From assembly GCA_963725865.1 (NCBI GenBank), contig CAVSAC010000014.1, positions 1,312,001-1,376,000 of the forward strand: a DNA stretch of 64,000 nt, given 5' to 3'. Numbering within the stretch: the first letter of the stretch is position 1; every line of letters starts with the position of its first letter. The stretch comes from Candidatus Eiseniibacteriota bacterium. GTDB taxonomy: Bacteria > Eisenbacteria > RBG-16-71-46. Made by a program: the position numbers and the translations under genes. This document shows positions 41,045-51,387 of the stretch, one piece after another. Under the pieces are notes generated by a model. It was not told the origin of the DNA, did no database searches, and saw only the letters and a program-made list of their open reading frames with translations.

Positions 41045-41728
41045 TCACACCGTGCGCTGGGTCCTCAGCGCCTCGTCCGAGCCGGCGGCGCGCCGCGGCG
41101 GACCGGGGCTCCACGCGAGCGGCGCGGCGTCGGCGCCGATCCGCGCGTGCGCGATCGCGCCGTTGCCCTCCACGCGCACGAGCACGTCGGCGGACTGCTC
41201 GCTCGCCATCGCGGCCGCGGGGGTGACGCCCGCGATCCAGTGCAGCAACGCGCGGTTCACCGACTGGTGCGCGACGATCGCGGTGGGCGGGGCGGTGGCC
41301 AGCGGCAGGTCGGCGGCGAGCGCGGCCTGCACGCGCGCGAGCACTTCGGCGTAGCCCTCGCCGTCGGGCCAGCGATGGTGCCAGCGGTCGCGGTCGCGCT
41401 CCGCGAGCAAGTCGGGAAACCGCGCGCGCACCTCGTCGAGCGTCAGCCCCGCGCAGCGGCCGAACGACATCTCGGCGAGTCCCTCGCGCACCACGACGGA
41501 CACGCCGACCGCGGTGGCGATGTGCTCCGCGGTGGTGCGGGCGCGCCCGAGCGGGCTGGCGAGGATGCGGGTGACGCCGAGCGCGTGCGCCACGCGCGCC
41601 AGCGCGGCGGCCTGCGCGAGGCCGCGGGCGGTCAGTGGGGAGTCGTCACGGCCCTGCAGGCGGCCGGCGCGGTTCCACTCGGTCTCGCCGTGGCGCAGCA
41701 GCAGCAGGTACGCGGGCGCGGCCGTCAC
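41045..41728 (-). CDS. Histidine phosphatase (phosphoglycerate mutase family)
   Basis: LLRHGETEWN, SPLGRARTTA, LAEMSFG, IVAH. Confidence 0.88.
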   Translation of the reverse strand: MTAAPAYLLLLRHGETEWNRAGRLQGRDDSPLTARGLAQAAALARVAHALGVTRILASPLGRARTTAEHIATAVGVSVVVREGLAEMSFGRCAGLTLDEVRARFPDLLAERDRDRWHHRWPDGEGYAEVLARVQAALAADLPLATAPPTAIVAHQSVNRALLHWIAGVTPAAAMASEQSADVLVRVEGNGAIAHARIGADAAPLAWSPGPPRRAAGSDEALRTQRTV

Positions 41729-41905
41729 GCAGTCCCCTCCACTGTCCCTCCGCCAGTGCGAACTCCTCGCCGCGGTCGACGTACCGCCCGGCGGGCTCCC
41801 ACGCGAGCAGTGTGGGCTCGCGGGAGTCCGGGATGCTCCCGCCGCCGCGAAAGTAGTCGGGCCGGCCAGCGCGCTACAAGTCGAGCGCCTCGCGACGGCC
41901 GCCGC

Positions 41906-41960
41906 GTCCGGGGCGTTGTTGTCCGGGGCGTTTGCCACCTTCCGGCGGCTGCACTAGCTT
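41906..41960 (+). promoter_or_regulatory. pepT promoter with upstream 12-bp direct repeat
   Basis: GTCCGGGGCGTT at 41906 and 41921, then TTGCCA(41932)-N17-TAGCTT(41955). Confidence 0.6.
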
Positions 41961-42003
41961 CCGTGGGCGATCCCTCGGCCCCCCCGTACCACCGGAGCAC
42001 ACC

Positions 42004-43258
42004 ATGCCCGAGATCACCCCCGTGCAGACCAGCGTCGTCGAGCGCTTCCTTCGCTACGTCACCGTCGACACCCAGTCGAGCGAGAACTCCACGACCTATC
42101 CCAGCACCCTCAAACAGCTCGTCCTGCTCGACCAGATCGTCGAGGAGCTGCGCGCCATCGGCCTGAAGGACGTCACGCGCGACGAGCACGGCTACGTGTT
42201 CGCGACCATCCCGGCCACCACGAAGAAGCACGTGCCCGTGATCGGCTTCATCGCCCACGTGGACACCTCGCCCGAGGCCCCGGGCGCGAACGTGAAAGCG
42301 ATCGTGCACCGCAACTGGCAGGGCCAGGACCTGGTGCTGCCGGACGACCCGACCGCGGTGCTGCGCGCGAGCGAGAATCCCGAGATGCTCGAGCTGAAGG
42401 GGCACGACCTCATCACCGCCTCGGGGAAGACGCTGCTCGGCGCCGACGACAAGGCGGGCTGCGCCGAGCTCGTGGCCGCGGCCGAGTACCTGGTGCAGCA
42501 CCCGGAGATCCCGCACGGCGCGGTCCGGCTCGGCTTCACGCCCGACGAGGAGGTCGGCGCCGGCACGAAGTACTTCGACGTGAAGCGCTTCGGCGCGGTG
42601 TGCGCCTACACCATGGACGGCGAGTCGCGCGGGCAGATGGACATCGAGACGTTCTCGGCCGACGCGATGACGATCACGTTCCAGGGCTTCAACACCCACC
42701 CGGGGTTCGCGAAGGGCCGCATGATCAACGCGATCAAGATCGCCGCGGACTTCGTGAGCCGGCTGCCGAAGGGCCGGCTCTCGCCCGAGAGCACCGAGGA
42801 GCGCGAGGGCTACGTGCATCCGTACGTCGTCGACGCCTCGGTGGAGCGCACGTCGGTGAAGCTGCTGATCCGCGACTTCACCACGCCGGGCCTCAAGGAG
42901 AAGGAGGACCTGCTCGCCGCGCTCGCGCAACGAGACCGTGAAGGCGTGGCCGGGCGCCTCGGTGGCGGTCAAGGTGGAAGAGTCGTACCGCAACATGAAG
43001 GAGATCCTCGACCGCGAGCCGCACATCGCCGAGTACGCGCGCGAGGCCATCCGCCGCGCGGGACTCGCGGTGCGCGAGTCCGCGATCCGCGGCGGCACCG
43101 ACGGCTCGCGGCTCTCGTTCATGGGGCTGCCGACGCCGAACGTGTTCGCCGGCGGCCACAACTTCCACTCGCGGCTCGAGTGGGTGTCGGCGCAGGACAT
43201 GGACAAGGCGGTCGAAGTGATCGTGAACATCGCCCGCATCTGGGAGGAGAAGGCGTGA
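42004..43258 (+). CDS. pepT: Peptidase T (M20B), one apparent +1 frameshift at ~42928
   Basis: ERFLRYV, AHVDT, GADDKAG, FTPDEEVG, HPGFAKG, then IRGGTDG and HNFHS in the next frame. Confidence 0.9.
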
Positions 43259-43334
43259 ACTCGTCGCGCCCGTGCCCGCCGGAATCGCCGGTCGGCGCCC
43301 GCGGCACGGCTGGCACCTAGAGGAGACGGCCGAC

Positions 43335-43748
43335 ATGGCGTTCCGGATCCGCCGCGTGGAGTACTTCTACGCCAACATCGTCGACCAGCCCGGGGAGGCG
43401 TACACCGTCCTGCACGCCCTGGCCGGACTCGGCGTCAATCTGCTCGCCCTGGTCGCGGTGCCGATCGGCCCCGACCGCACCCAGATGACCATGTTCCCCG
43501 AGGACCGCCCGCGGCTGGTCGAGGCGGCCCGCAAGGCCGGACTCGCGCTGGACGGCCCGCACACCGCGTTCCTCGCCCAGGGCGACGACCACCTGGGCGC
43601 GCTCTCCGAGGTGCACGAGAAGCTGGCGCAGGTGCGGGTCAACGTGTTCGCCTCCACCGGCGTGACCGACGGCAGCGGGGCCTACGGTTACATCCTGTAC
43701 GTGCGCCCCGAGGAGATCGACCGGGCGTCCAAGGCGCTCGGCCTCTAG
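43335..43748 (+). CDS. ACT-domain protein (tandem ACT)
   Basis: DQPGEAYTVLHALAGLGVNL and DDHLGALSEVHEKLAQVRVNV; AGGAG SD. Confidence 0.75.
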   Translation: MAFRIRRVEYFYANIVDQPGEAYTVLHALAGLGVNLLALVAVPIGPDRTQMTMFPEDRPRLVEAARKAGLALDGPHTAFLAQGDDHLGALSEVHEKLAQVRVNVFASTGVTDGSGAYGYILYVRPEEIDRASKALGL

Positions 43749-43988
43749 CGACCCGCGGCGCCGGGCGCCGCGGCCGCCGACTTGCCGCGGAATCGCTTCC
43801 ACACCATCCTTAACGCCAACCAGGGTGGGGGATTTGCACGTGGATCGTGGTTCCAGGCCGAGTCCACACGCACTCGAGACCGCATTCGATCGTCACACGC
43901 AGTGGCTTCCGCGATGCGGCCGCCGCGCGCGCTCCTTCGGCGCGCGCCAGCGGTCCTGGCGCACGCCGCCGTCCGCGGGGGAGCGCCC

Positions 43989-46775
43989 ATGAAGCGCGCC
44001 CTCCGCCTGGCTCGCTGGCTCCCCGCGATCGTGCTCGGCCTGATCCTCGCCGACCACCCGCTGGATCTCGGGCGCGGCTTCGAGCAGTACGTGCCCGACG
44101 TGCCGGCCACGCTGCGGCGCGCACTCGAATCCGACGATGATCTGCAGCTCGCCCGGGTGGCGGAGAAGGCGGGGCCGACCGAGGTCCATCGCGTGGTCCT
44201 GCGCCTGCGGAACTCGATCCGGCTCGATTCCAAGGCCGCCTACCAGCGATCGCTCGCCGACCTCTCCCCGCCGATCCTGCGGCTCTCGCAGCAACTCGCG
44301 CTGGCCTTCGATCTGCCCGGCGAGCTGGAGGAGAGCCGCCTGCTGCTGCGCCGCCCGTACGAATCCGCCCTCGCCATGAATCAGCTGACCGCCGCGGCCG
44401 GTGCCGCCCTGGCCGACACCTCGCGCACCCCGGCCGAGCAGCTCGCCAGTATCGACCGCGCGCTGGCGGAGGCGGGGCGCCTGGACCTGTCGATCGAGCG
44501 TGCGGCCCTGCTCGGTCTCCGCGCCCAGGTCCAGGACGAGCGCGGGAGCATCGAGGGCGAGCTCGGCGACCTGCGTGGAGCCCTGGAGGCCAGCCGGGCG
44601 CGCGGGACCACGATGCTCACGATGAACCTGTTCAACACCTTCGCTTACGTCCAGGGCAAGGCGGGGCGGGTGGACTCGATGCTCGCCGGCCACGAAGCGG
44701 CGCTCGCGGAGTCGAGACGGCGCGGGCTCGGGGCGGAGGCGGGCCGCTCCCTGCGCATGCTCGCGAGCTACTACCGCTCCCAGGGGCGGGTCGCGCTCGC
44801 GCACAGCCTGCTGCTGCTGGCGCTCGAGGACCTGCGGCCCGCGCGCGCCGGGGAGGAGGAGCTGAGCGAGTTCCTCCGCGTGATCGATCAGCACGCGCGA
44901 TTCGGCGCGTGGGACCTGGTGGAGCGGGAGCTGGTCCAGGCAGACCTCATCGCGCGGCAACTGCCGCCGCCCGCGCGTCCCGATCGGGTCCTGAGCCGCT
45001 ACCTGCTCGATCGACTGCACGCGCGCCTGGATCTCGCGCGCGGTCGCCCGGACCGGGCGTGGAGCCGCTATCCGCAGATCCGAGCCGAGGCCGAGCGCGT
45101 CCCCTCGCGGGAGATCCTGCCGCGCTTCCTGCTCGAGTGGGGCCAGGCGCTGAGCGCCAACGGCCGTTGCAGGGAGGCGATCGCCCGGCTCGAGGAGGCG
45201 GGCCGCCTCGCGCAGCGCCGGGTGCTGCCGGCGATGGAGCCGGCGCTGTGCATCGCCCGCGCGCAGGCACTGGCCGGCGTGGGGCGGGCGGCCGAGGCGC
45301 GAGTGGAGCTCGACGACTTCGCAGCGCGGTCGCGATCCGGGGAGCTCGCGGACCGCGAGGGCTGGCTGGATCACGACGCGCTGCGCATTCGGCTGGGCCT
45401 CGACGCCGGCGATCGGGCCGCCGCGGAGCGCGCCGCCGCCGAGGCGTTGCACCGCCTCGATCGGATCGCGGCGCAGCTCGAGCCCGGGATCGAGGGCTAC
45501 TACTTCCTCGCGCGCTCGCGCGAGGTGGGCTCGGCCATCCATGCCCTGCTGCAGGACGATCCCGAGGCGAGCTACGCGCTCGAGATGCGGCTGCGCCTGC
45601 TTCCGCGCGTGCTCGGCCGCGGGGTCCGCGCTGACGGGTACGGCGGCGACGGCGTGCCGCGACTCCCGTCGGGCCGATTGCGCGAGGACCTGCAGACCTA
45701 TGCGCACGCCCTGAGCCTTCGGCTTGCTCGCGCGCACCAGGTCCACCTCCTGTATCGGATCGAGGACGGCCGGGTCATCCGCTGGTACTGCGATGCGCAC
45801 GGTCTGCGGCGGGAGATCCTCTCCGGCGACGGCTTCCGCCTCCGCGACCTGCTGGCGACCGCGCGGTTGAGCCTGGTCGCCGGGAGCCTCGCGCCCTCGG
45901 ATGGACGAGAGTGGCGCGAGCTGGCCGGGCTCCTGCTACCGCCGGAGCTGCGCGCGGGCTCCGCGGTGGACTCCGCGGCCGGGGTGCTGGTCAGCGCCGG
46001 TGGTGAACTCGAGCAACTGCCCTTCGAGATGCTCGACGTGGGCGCCGGCCCGCCGTACGCGCCGCTCGGTGCGCGCCACGACGTGGCCTACCTGCGCTAC
46101 GACGACCCGCCGTCGCGCCCCGAGCGAACGGGAGCGGCGCTGGTGCTCGCCGAACCCGAGCTGCCGGCGGACGTGCTCCGCCGGCACCCGGGTCTGACGG
46201 CGCTTCCCCTGAGTGCCGGGGAGGCCCGCGAGGTGGCGGCCCAGCAGCCCGGCGCGTACCTGCTGTCGGGCGCGCGCGCCACCAAGCCGGCCCTGGTCGA
46301 TGGATGGGCGCGCGCGTCGAGGATCTACCTGGTGACGCCGGCCGTGCGCGATGCCGAAGTCCCCTACCGGGTGTTCCTGCCCCTCGCGCAGCGTCCGGGC
46401 TCCACCGACCGCAGCGATGTCTCGCTGGAGCTCGAGGACATCCGGCGCGCGGACCTTCGCGGCTGTGCGATGGTGCTGCTCGTGAGCTGCGACTCCGAGT
46501 CGCCCTGCGACGACCGCGACGCGATGGGGCCGAGCCTCGCCGAGGGATTCCTCGATGCGGGTGCCGCCGCAGTCGTCGAGCCGCTGCTGCCGGTGTCCGA
46601 CGCCGAGACGCGCGGCTGCATGCACCGCTTCGGGCAGCAGTGGCGGGCCGGCGTCCCGTGCGCGCAGGCGCTGAACCGCGCGCGCCGCGAGGCGTGGGGC
46701 GCGCGGCCCTCGACGGGGGCCGCCGCCGGCTGGGGTTCGTACGTCGTCGAGCTCGCGTCGATCCCGCAGCCCTGA
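43989..46775 (+). CDS. TPR + degenerate CHAT-domain protein
   Basis: N-terminal hydrophobic segment, TPR-like helices, GELEQLPFEML, LPLSAGEA, ATK, LVSCDS, FLDAGA, ALNRAR..WGSY; YLVTPA at the expected HxxxH site. Confidence 0.75.
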   Translation: MKRALRLARWLPAIVLGLILADHPLDLGRGFEQYVPDVPATLRRALESDDDLQLARVAEKAGPTEVHRVVLRLRNSIRLDSKAAYQRSLADLSPPILRLSQQLALAFDLPGELEESRLLLRRPYESALAMNQLTAAAGAALADTSRTPAEQLASIDRALAEAGRLDLSIERAALLGLRAQVQDERGSIEGELGDLRGALEASRARGTTMLTMNLFNTFAYVQGKAGRVDSMLAGHEAALAESRRRGLGAEAGRSLRMLASYYRSQGRVALAHSLLLLALEDLRPARAGEEELSEFLRVIDQHARFGAWDLVERELVQADLIARQLPPPARPDRVLSRYLLDRLHARLDLARGRPDRAWSRYPQIRAEAERVPSREILPRFLLEWGQALSANGRCREAIARLEEAGRLAQRRVLPAMEPALCIARAQALAGVGRAAEARVELDDFAARSRSGELADREGWLDHDALRIRLGLDAGDRAAAERAAAEALHRLDRIAAQLEPGIEGYYFLARSREVGSAIHALLQDDPEASYALEMRLRLLPRVLGRGVRADGYGGDGVPRLPSGRLREDLQTYAHALSLRLARAHQVHLLYRIEDGRVIRWYCDAHGLRREILSGDGFRLRDLLATARLSLVAGSLAPSDGREWRELAGLLLPPELRAGSAVDSAAGVLVSAGGELEQLPFEMLDVGAGPPYAPLGARHDVAYLRYDDPPSRPERTGAALVLAEPELPADVLRRHPGLTALPLSAGEAREVAAQQPGAYLLSGARATKPALVDGWARASRIYLVTPAVRDAEVPYRVFLPLAQRPGSTDRSDVSLELEDIRRADLRGCAMVLLVSCDSESPCDDRDAMGPSLAEGFLDAGAAAVVEPLLPVSDAETRGCMHRFGQQWRAGVPCAQALNRARREAWGARPSTGAAAGWGSYVVELASIPQP

Positions 46776-46866
46776 CGCGCGCCCCTGAGGCGTTCCATTT
46801 CGGTCGTGCGCGCCGCTATGCTGCGCCGATGCGACCCTCCCTCACGACCGCGCCGCGGCACCCCGC

Positions 46867-47763
46867 ATGAGGTTCGCCGGCGAGTTGTGCGCGCTCGGCA
46901 CCGCCGGCTGCTGGGCGATCGGCTCCAATTTCTTCGCCGCCGCCGGGCAGCGCATGGGATCGGTGGTGCTCAACCGCCTGCGCATCACGGTCGCCGCGGG
47001 GCTGCTCGCCACCGCGCTGCTGGTCACCCGCGGCGCGGCGTGGCCGGGCTGGGCGACCCCCACCGAGGTCGCGCTGCTCGCGGTGTCGGGGCTGATCGGG
47101 TTCGTGTTCGGCGACACCTGGTACTTCCGCGCGCTGGTGATCCTCGGCCCCTCGCGTGCCGCGCTGCTCGCCTCGCTGGCGCCGATCTTCACGGCGCTGA
47201 TCGCGTGGCCGGTCCTCGGTGAGCACCCGGGCCCGCTCGCGCTGCTCGGCATGGCGCTCACCGTCGGCGGCGTCGCGCTGGTGCTGTGGCGGCGCGAGCA
47301 GCGCGAGCAACCGCACGTCGAGGGCTCGGTGCTGGTCGGCGTGATGGCCGGCGTGCTGGGCGCGATCGGGCAGGCGGGCGGCTACGTGCTCTCGAAGGTC
47401 GCGATGCGCTCGGGGCTCGATCCGCTCTCGGCCACGGTGATCCGCGTGGTCGCCGCGATGGCCGGCGTGTGGGTGCTGGCCGCCGGCCAGCGCCAGGTGC
47501 GCGCCACGCTCGGCGCGCTGCGCGACCGCGGCGCGGCGGGATTCATGTGCGCGGGAGCGTTCTTCGGCCCGTTCCTCGGCGTGACGCTCTCGCTCGCGGC
47601 GCTCCAGTTCATCGAGGCCGGCGTGGCCGCCTCCATCACCGCGTTCTACCCGGTGCTCACGCTGCTGATCTCGTCGCGCTTCCACGGCGAGCGCATCACC
47701 GCGCGGTTCATGCTCGGCGCGCTGGTGGCGGCGGTGGGAGTGGTGGTGCTGTTCCTGCGATAG
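46867..47763 (+). CDS. DMT/EamA-family transporter
   Basis: Ten TMs in two repeats (GDTWYFRALVILGPSRA; AGVAASITAFYPV). Confidence 0.88.
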   Translation: MRFAGELCALGTAGCWAIGSNFFAAAGQRMGSVVLNRLRITVAAGLLATALLVTRGAAWPGWATPTEVALLAVSGLIGFVFGDTWYFRALVILGPSRAALLASLAPIFTALIAWPVLGEHPGPLALLGMALTVGGVALVLWRREQREQPHVEGSVLVGVMAGVLGAIGQAGGYVLSKVAMRSGLDPLSATVIRVVAAMAGVWVLAAGQRQVRATLGALRDRGAAGFMCAGAFFGPFLGVTLSLAALQFIEAGVAASITAFYPVLTLLISSRFHGERITARFMLGALVAAVGVVVLFLR

Positions 47764-48120
47764 CGCGGGCGGTACGGCGCGAGCACTCGTGGCTCTTCGA
47801 TCCGGCATGACCCGGTGGCGCCCGCGCTCCATCGGGCGTAACATTCCCGCCGGTCACCCGATCGCACGGTCTTCGTGCCGCGGACGGTCGCCCGGGTGGC
47901 CGCGGCCGCCCACGCGCCCCGAAGGGCCCCTCATGTCCGCGGGACTCGAGGCCTGCTTCGCCTCGACGCATCGACCCCCGCCCACGCGCGTCGTCACCCG
48001 ACGACGGCCTCGCCGCATCCGTGAGCCCCTCCGCGCTCCGACCACTCTCCGAGCCCGCGCCCCTCGCCACCGCCCCGATCCGGTGTCCGGCGACCTCGGC
48101 TCCCGAAAGGAGCCCGGACC

Positions 48121-50601
48121 ATGGTCCGTCGATCCCGTCCCGCCCCGAACGCACGCTGTGGCGCGCGCACGCTGCTCGGATGCCTCGCCGCCGCGCTGAT
48201 CGTCTGCGCGCTTCCGGCTGCCGTCCACGCGCGCCCGCTGTTCGCGGCGCCGTTCACGGCCTACGAGTGCGGCTACTACCCGCAGGTCGTGGTGGCTACC
48301 GATCTCAACCACGACGGCCATCCCGACCTCGCGGTGGCGGCCAACGACGGCGCGGTGTCGGTGCTGCTGAACCGCGGCGACGGCACCTACTGGCCGCGCA
48401 CGGCGCTGGTGGGCGGTGCCACGCCCGCGGGGCTCGCGGTCGCCGATCTCAACAACGACGACGACCTCGACCTGGTCGCGACCAACTCGGGCGGCAACAG
48501 CGTCTCGGTGTTCCTCGGTGACGGTTTCGGCGGATTCGGCGCGAAAACCGACTACACCACCGGCACCGGGCCGAGCGCGGTCGCGATCGGCGACCTCAAC
48601 GGCGACCTGCGGCTCGATCTGGTGGTGGCGAACAACGCCGCCTACACCGTCTCGGTGCTGATCGCCAACGGGTCCGGCGGCTTCGCCACCAAGCTCGACT
48701 ACTCCGTCGGCGCCGCACCCAACTCGATCGCCCTCGGGGACCTCAACGGCGACGACCGGCTCGACATGATCGTCGGCACCGGCGGCCTGAACACATTCAC
48801 GGTGCGGCTCGGCAGCGGCACCGGCACGTTCGGCGCGCGCAACGACCTGCCCACCGGCGGTGCGCCCAACTGCGTCTACGCCGAGGACGTCAACGGCGAC
48901 CATCTGCTCGACGTGGTGACCGCGGGGCCCACCGCGGTCTCGGTGCTGCCGGGCCTCGGCAACGGCGCGTTCGGCACCCGCGTCGACCTCGCCACGCCGG
49001 CGGCCTCGTACGGCGTGGTGGTCGAGGACCTGAACGGCGACGGACTGGCCGACATCGCGTGCACCAGTCGCACCAGCGGCTCGAGCCAGGTCTCGGTGTG
49101 GCAGGGAGAGGGCGGCACCTCGTTCGGCGCGCGCGCCGACGCGCCGACCGGATTCGCCGCCAACTGGATCACCTCCGCCGACGTCGACGGCGACGGCCGG
49201 CTCGACCTCATCACCACGTGCCGCGACGTGGGGTTGGTGGCGGTGCTGCCCGGGCACTCGGGCGGCGGCTTCGGTACCGCGCTGGTGTCGGCGACCGGCA
49301 GCCACCCGCGCGACGTGGCGCTGGCGGACCTCAATCACGACGGCCGGCTCGACCAGGTGTCGGTGGACAACTCCGCGAACGGCTTCTCGGTGCGGCTCGG
49401 CCTCGGCAACGGCACGTTCGGCGCGCGGACCGACTACCCCAACGGCACCTCGCCGCGCGCGGTGGCGCTCGCCGACTTCAACGGCGACACCCACCTCGAC
49501 ATCGTCACGTCCAACACCACCACGTACACCGTCACCGTGCGGCTCGGCGTCGGCGACGGCACCTTCGGCGCGGCGACCGCGTACACCACCTACGCCGGCA
49601 CGTGGGACGTGCAGGTGGGCGACGTCGATCGCGACGGCAAGCTCGACATCGCCGCCACCTGTTACGGCACCGTCTCGATCCTGGCCGGCCTCGGCAACGG
49701 CACGTTCGGCGCCCGCACCGACGTCTCCATCGGCTCCGGCCCGCGCGGATTCGCGCTCGTGGACCTCGATCAGGACAACGACCTCGACCTGGTGGTCGCG
49801 CTGTGGACCGCCAAGGCGGTCGCGGTCGCGCTCAACAACGGCACCGGCGGCTTCGGTGGCGTGACCACGATGTCGGTGCCGAACAACTGCGGCGACCTCG
49901 TGTGCGGCAGCGCCTCCGTCGGCGGCCCGCTGGGCCTGGCGGCGGTCAACGGCAGTCTGCTCAGCATGTGGCTGGGAAACGGCAACGGCACGTTCAGCCC
50001 CCGCAGCGACATGAACCTGGTGGTGACCGGCGACGCGGTGACCGGGGGCGACGCGGACGGCGATGGTGACTACGACCTGCTGGTGACGCTGGCGGCCGCC
50101 GACGTGGTGGCGCTGGCGCCCAACCAGGGCGGCACCCTGATGGGGCCGCTCGAGTACTACGGCACCGGTGTCGAGCCGTCCGCGATCGCGGTCGGCGACG
50201 TCAACGGCGATGGCCGGCCGGATCTCGCCGTCGCCGACTGGGGCTCGTCCCACGTCATGGTGCTGCCGGGCGCGGCACGCCAGTCCTGGGTCGATGCGCC
50301 GCCGGCGCCGCCGCGCGCGCCCCGCGCGCTCGCGCTCGCGGCGGCGTGGCCGAACCCCGCGCGCGTGTCGGCCACGATCGTGTTCGAGACGCCGCGCACC
50401 GACCGCGTCAGCGTGCGCATCCGCGACATCGCCGGTCGCACCGTGCGGACGCTCGAATCGGCGCCCGCCCGCGCCGGCCGCGGCGAGGTGGGATGGGATC
50501 TGCGCGACGCCCGCGGGCTGCGCGTGCGAGCGGGCGTCTACCTGATCGAGGCGAGCGACGGCCGGAAGCGCGTGGCGCGACGGATGGTGGTGCTGGAGTA
50601 G
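48121..50601 (+). CDS. Secreted FG-GAP/VCBS repeat protein with C-terminal FlgD/CTD-like domain
   Basis: AAGGAG SD, signal peptide, 13 D(L/V/F)xxDGxxD repeats plus one degenerate, and WPNP..RDIAGRTVRTL..WDLRD..AGVYLI tail. Confidence 0.9.
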   Translation: MVRRSRPAPNARCGARTLLGCLAAALIVCALPAAVHARPLFAAPFTAYECGYYPQVVVATDLNHDGHPDLAVAANDGAVSVLLNRGDGTYWPRTALVGGATPAGLAVADLNNDDDLDLVATNSGGNSVSVFLGDGFGGFGAKTDYTTGTGPSAVAIGDLNGDLRLDLVVANNAAYTVSVLIANGSGGFATKLDYSVGAAPNSIALGDLNGDDRLDMIVGTGGLNTFTVRLGSGTGTFGARNDLPTGGAPNCVYAEDVNGDHLLDVVTAGPTAVSVLPGLGNGAFGTRVDLATPAASYGVVVEDLNGDGLADIACTSRTSGSSQVSVWQGEGGTSFGARADAPTGFAANWITSADVDGDGRLDLITTCRDVGLVAVLPGHSGGGFGTALVSATGSHPRDVALADLNHDGRLDQVSVDNSANGFSVRLGLGNGTFGARTDYPNGTSPRAVALADFNGDTHLDIVTSNTTTYTVTVRLGVGDGTFGAATAYTTYAGTWDVQVGDVDRDGKLDIAATCYGTVSILAGLGNGTFGARTDVSIGSGPRGFALVDLDQDNDLDLVVALWTAKAVAVALNNGTGGFGGVTTMSVPNNCGDLVCGSASVGGPLGLAAVNGSLLSMWLGNGNGTFSPRSDMNLVVTGDAVTGGDADGDGDYDLLVTLAAADVVALAPNQGGTLMGPLEYYGTGVEPSAIAVGDVNGDGRPDLAVADWGSSHVMVLPGAARQSWVDAPPAPPRAPRALALAAAWPNPARVSATIVFETPRTDRVSVRIRDIAGRTVRTLESAPARAGRGEVGWDLRDARGLRVRAGVYLIEASDGRKRVARRMVVLE

Positions 50602-50667
50602 CGACGAGGCGGATCGCCGCAGGATCCCGGCGCGAGTCGCAGCGGTGCTCGCGCCGGCGCGTCCGCG

Positions 50668-51387
50668 TCAGCCGATGCGCTTGCCGTCGATCGACCAGTT
50701 GCGGAACCAGCGGAAGCTGTCGAGCTCGAGCAGCGCGATGCCGGTGAAGTAGAGGAAGCCGGCCGCGTACACCCGCCACGGCTGCTCGACCCACAGTCCC
50801 GAGCTGGGCAGCGCGAGCCGCGCCTTCACCTCGTCGGTGATGCCGAGGGCGGGCCACGGCACGACCACGCTCGCGCCGCACGCGAACAGGTAGCAGACCA
50901 CGCCGCCCGCCCAGCCGCGCTGGATCAGGCTCTTCTCCTCGCCCGCGGGCGCCTGGCCGAACAGCACACCGGTCATGCGATTGAGCATCAGGCTCCAGAA
51001 CGCGACCAGCGGGCCCGCGCTCTGGAACGCGAGCGCGAACCCGGCGGCGAACAGCGTGTAGAACAGTCCGAGCCCGATCAGTCGCAGCACCTTCCTGCCG
51101 CGCGCGTCGCCGCTCACGATCACCTGACCGGCGAAGGCGGAGGAGTGGATGATGATGAACTCCATCAGCACCGCGAGGAACAGCCACCGCAACGCCGTCA
51201 CCGGCAGCTGGTCGGGTGCGATCCAGGCGGCGAGGAACGACGCCCCCAGCACGAAGTCGGGCAGCGCCGACAGCACGTGCGGAGCCGGGAACGCGCCCGC
51301 GTCGAGCGGCGCGGGCGCCACGTCCGCGGGCGCGGGTCCCGGATCGGGGTCGACGGGCTGAGGAGCGGTCGCCATGCCCGGGGTCAT
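50668..51387 (-). CDS. Hypothetical membrane protein
   Basis: AGGAG SD; about 6 TMs (MEFIIIHSS); an alternative start at 51375 is possible. Confidence 0.7.
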   Translation of the reverse strand: MTPGMATAPQPVDPDPGPAPADVAPAPLDAGAFPAPHVLSALPDFVLGASFLAAWIAPDQLPVTALRWLFLAVLMEFIIIHSSAFAGQVIVSGDARGRKVLRLIGLGLFYTLFAAGFALAFQSAGPLVAFWSLMLNRMTGVLFGQAPAGEEKSLIQRGWAGGVVCYLFACGASVVVPWPALGITDEVKARLALPSSGLWVEQPWRVYAAGFLYFTGIALLELDSFRWFRNWSIDGKRIG

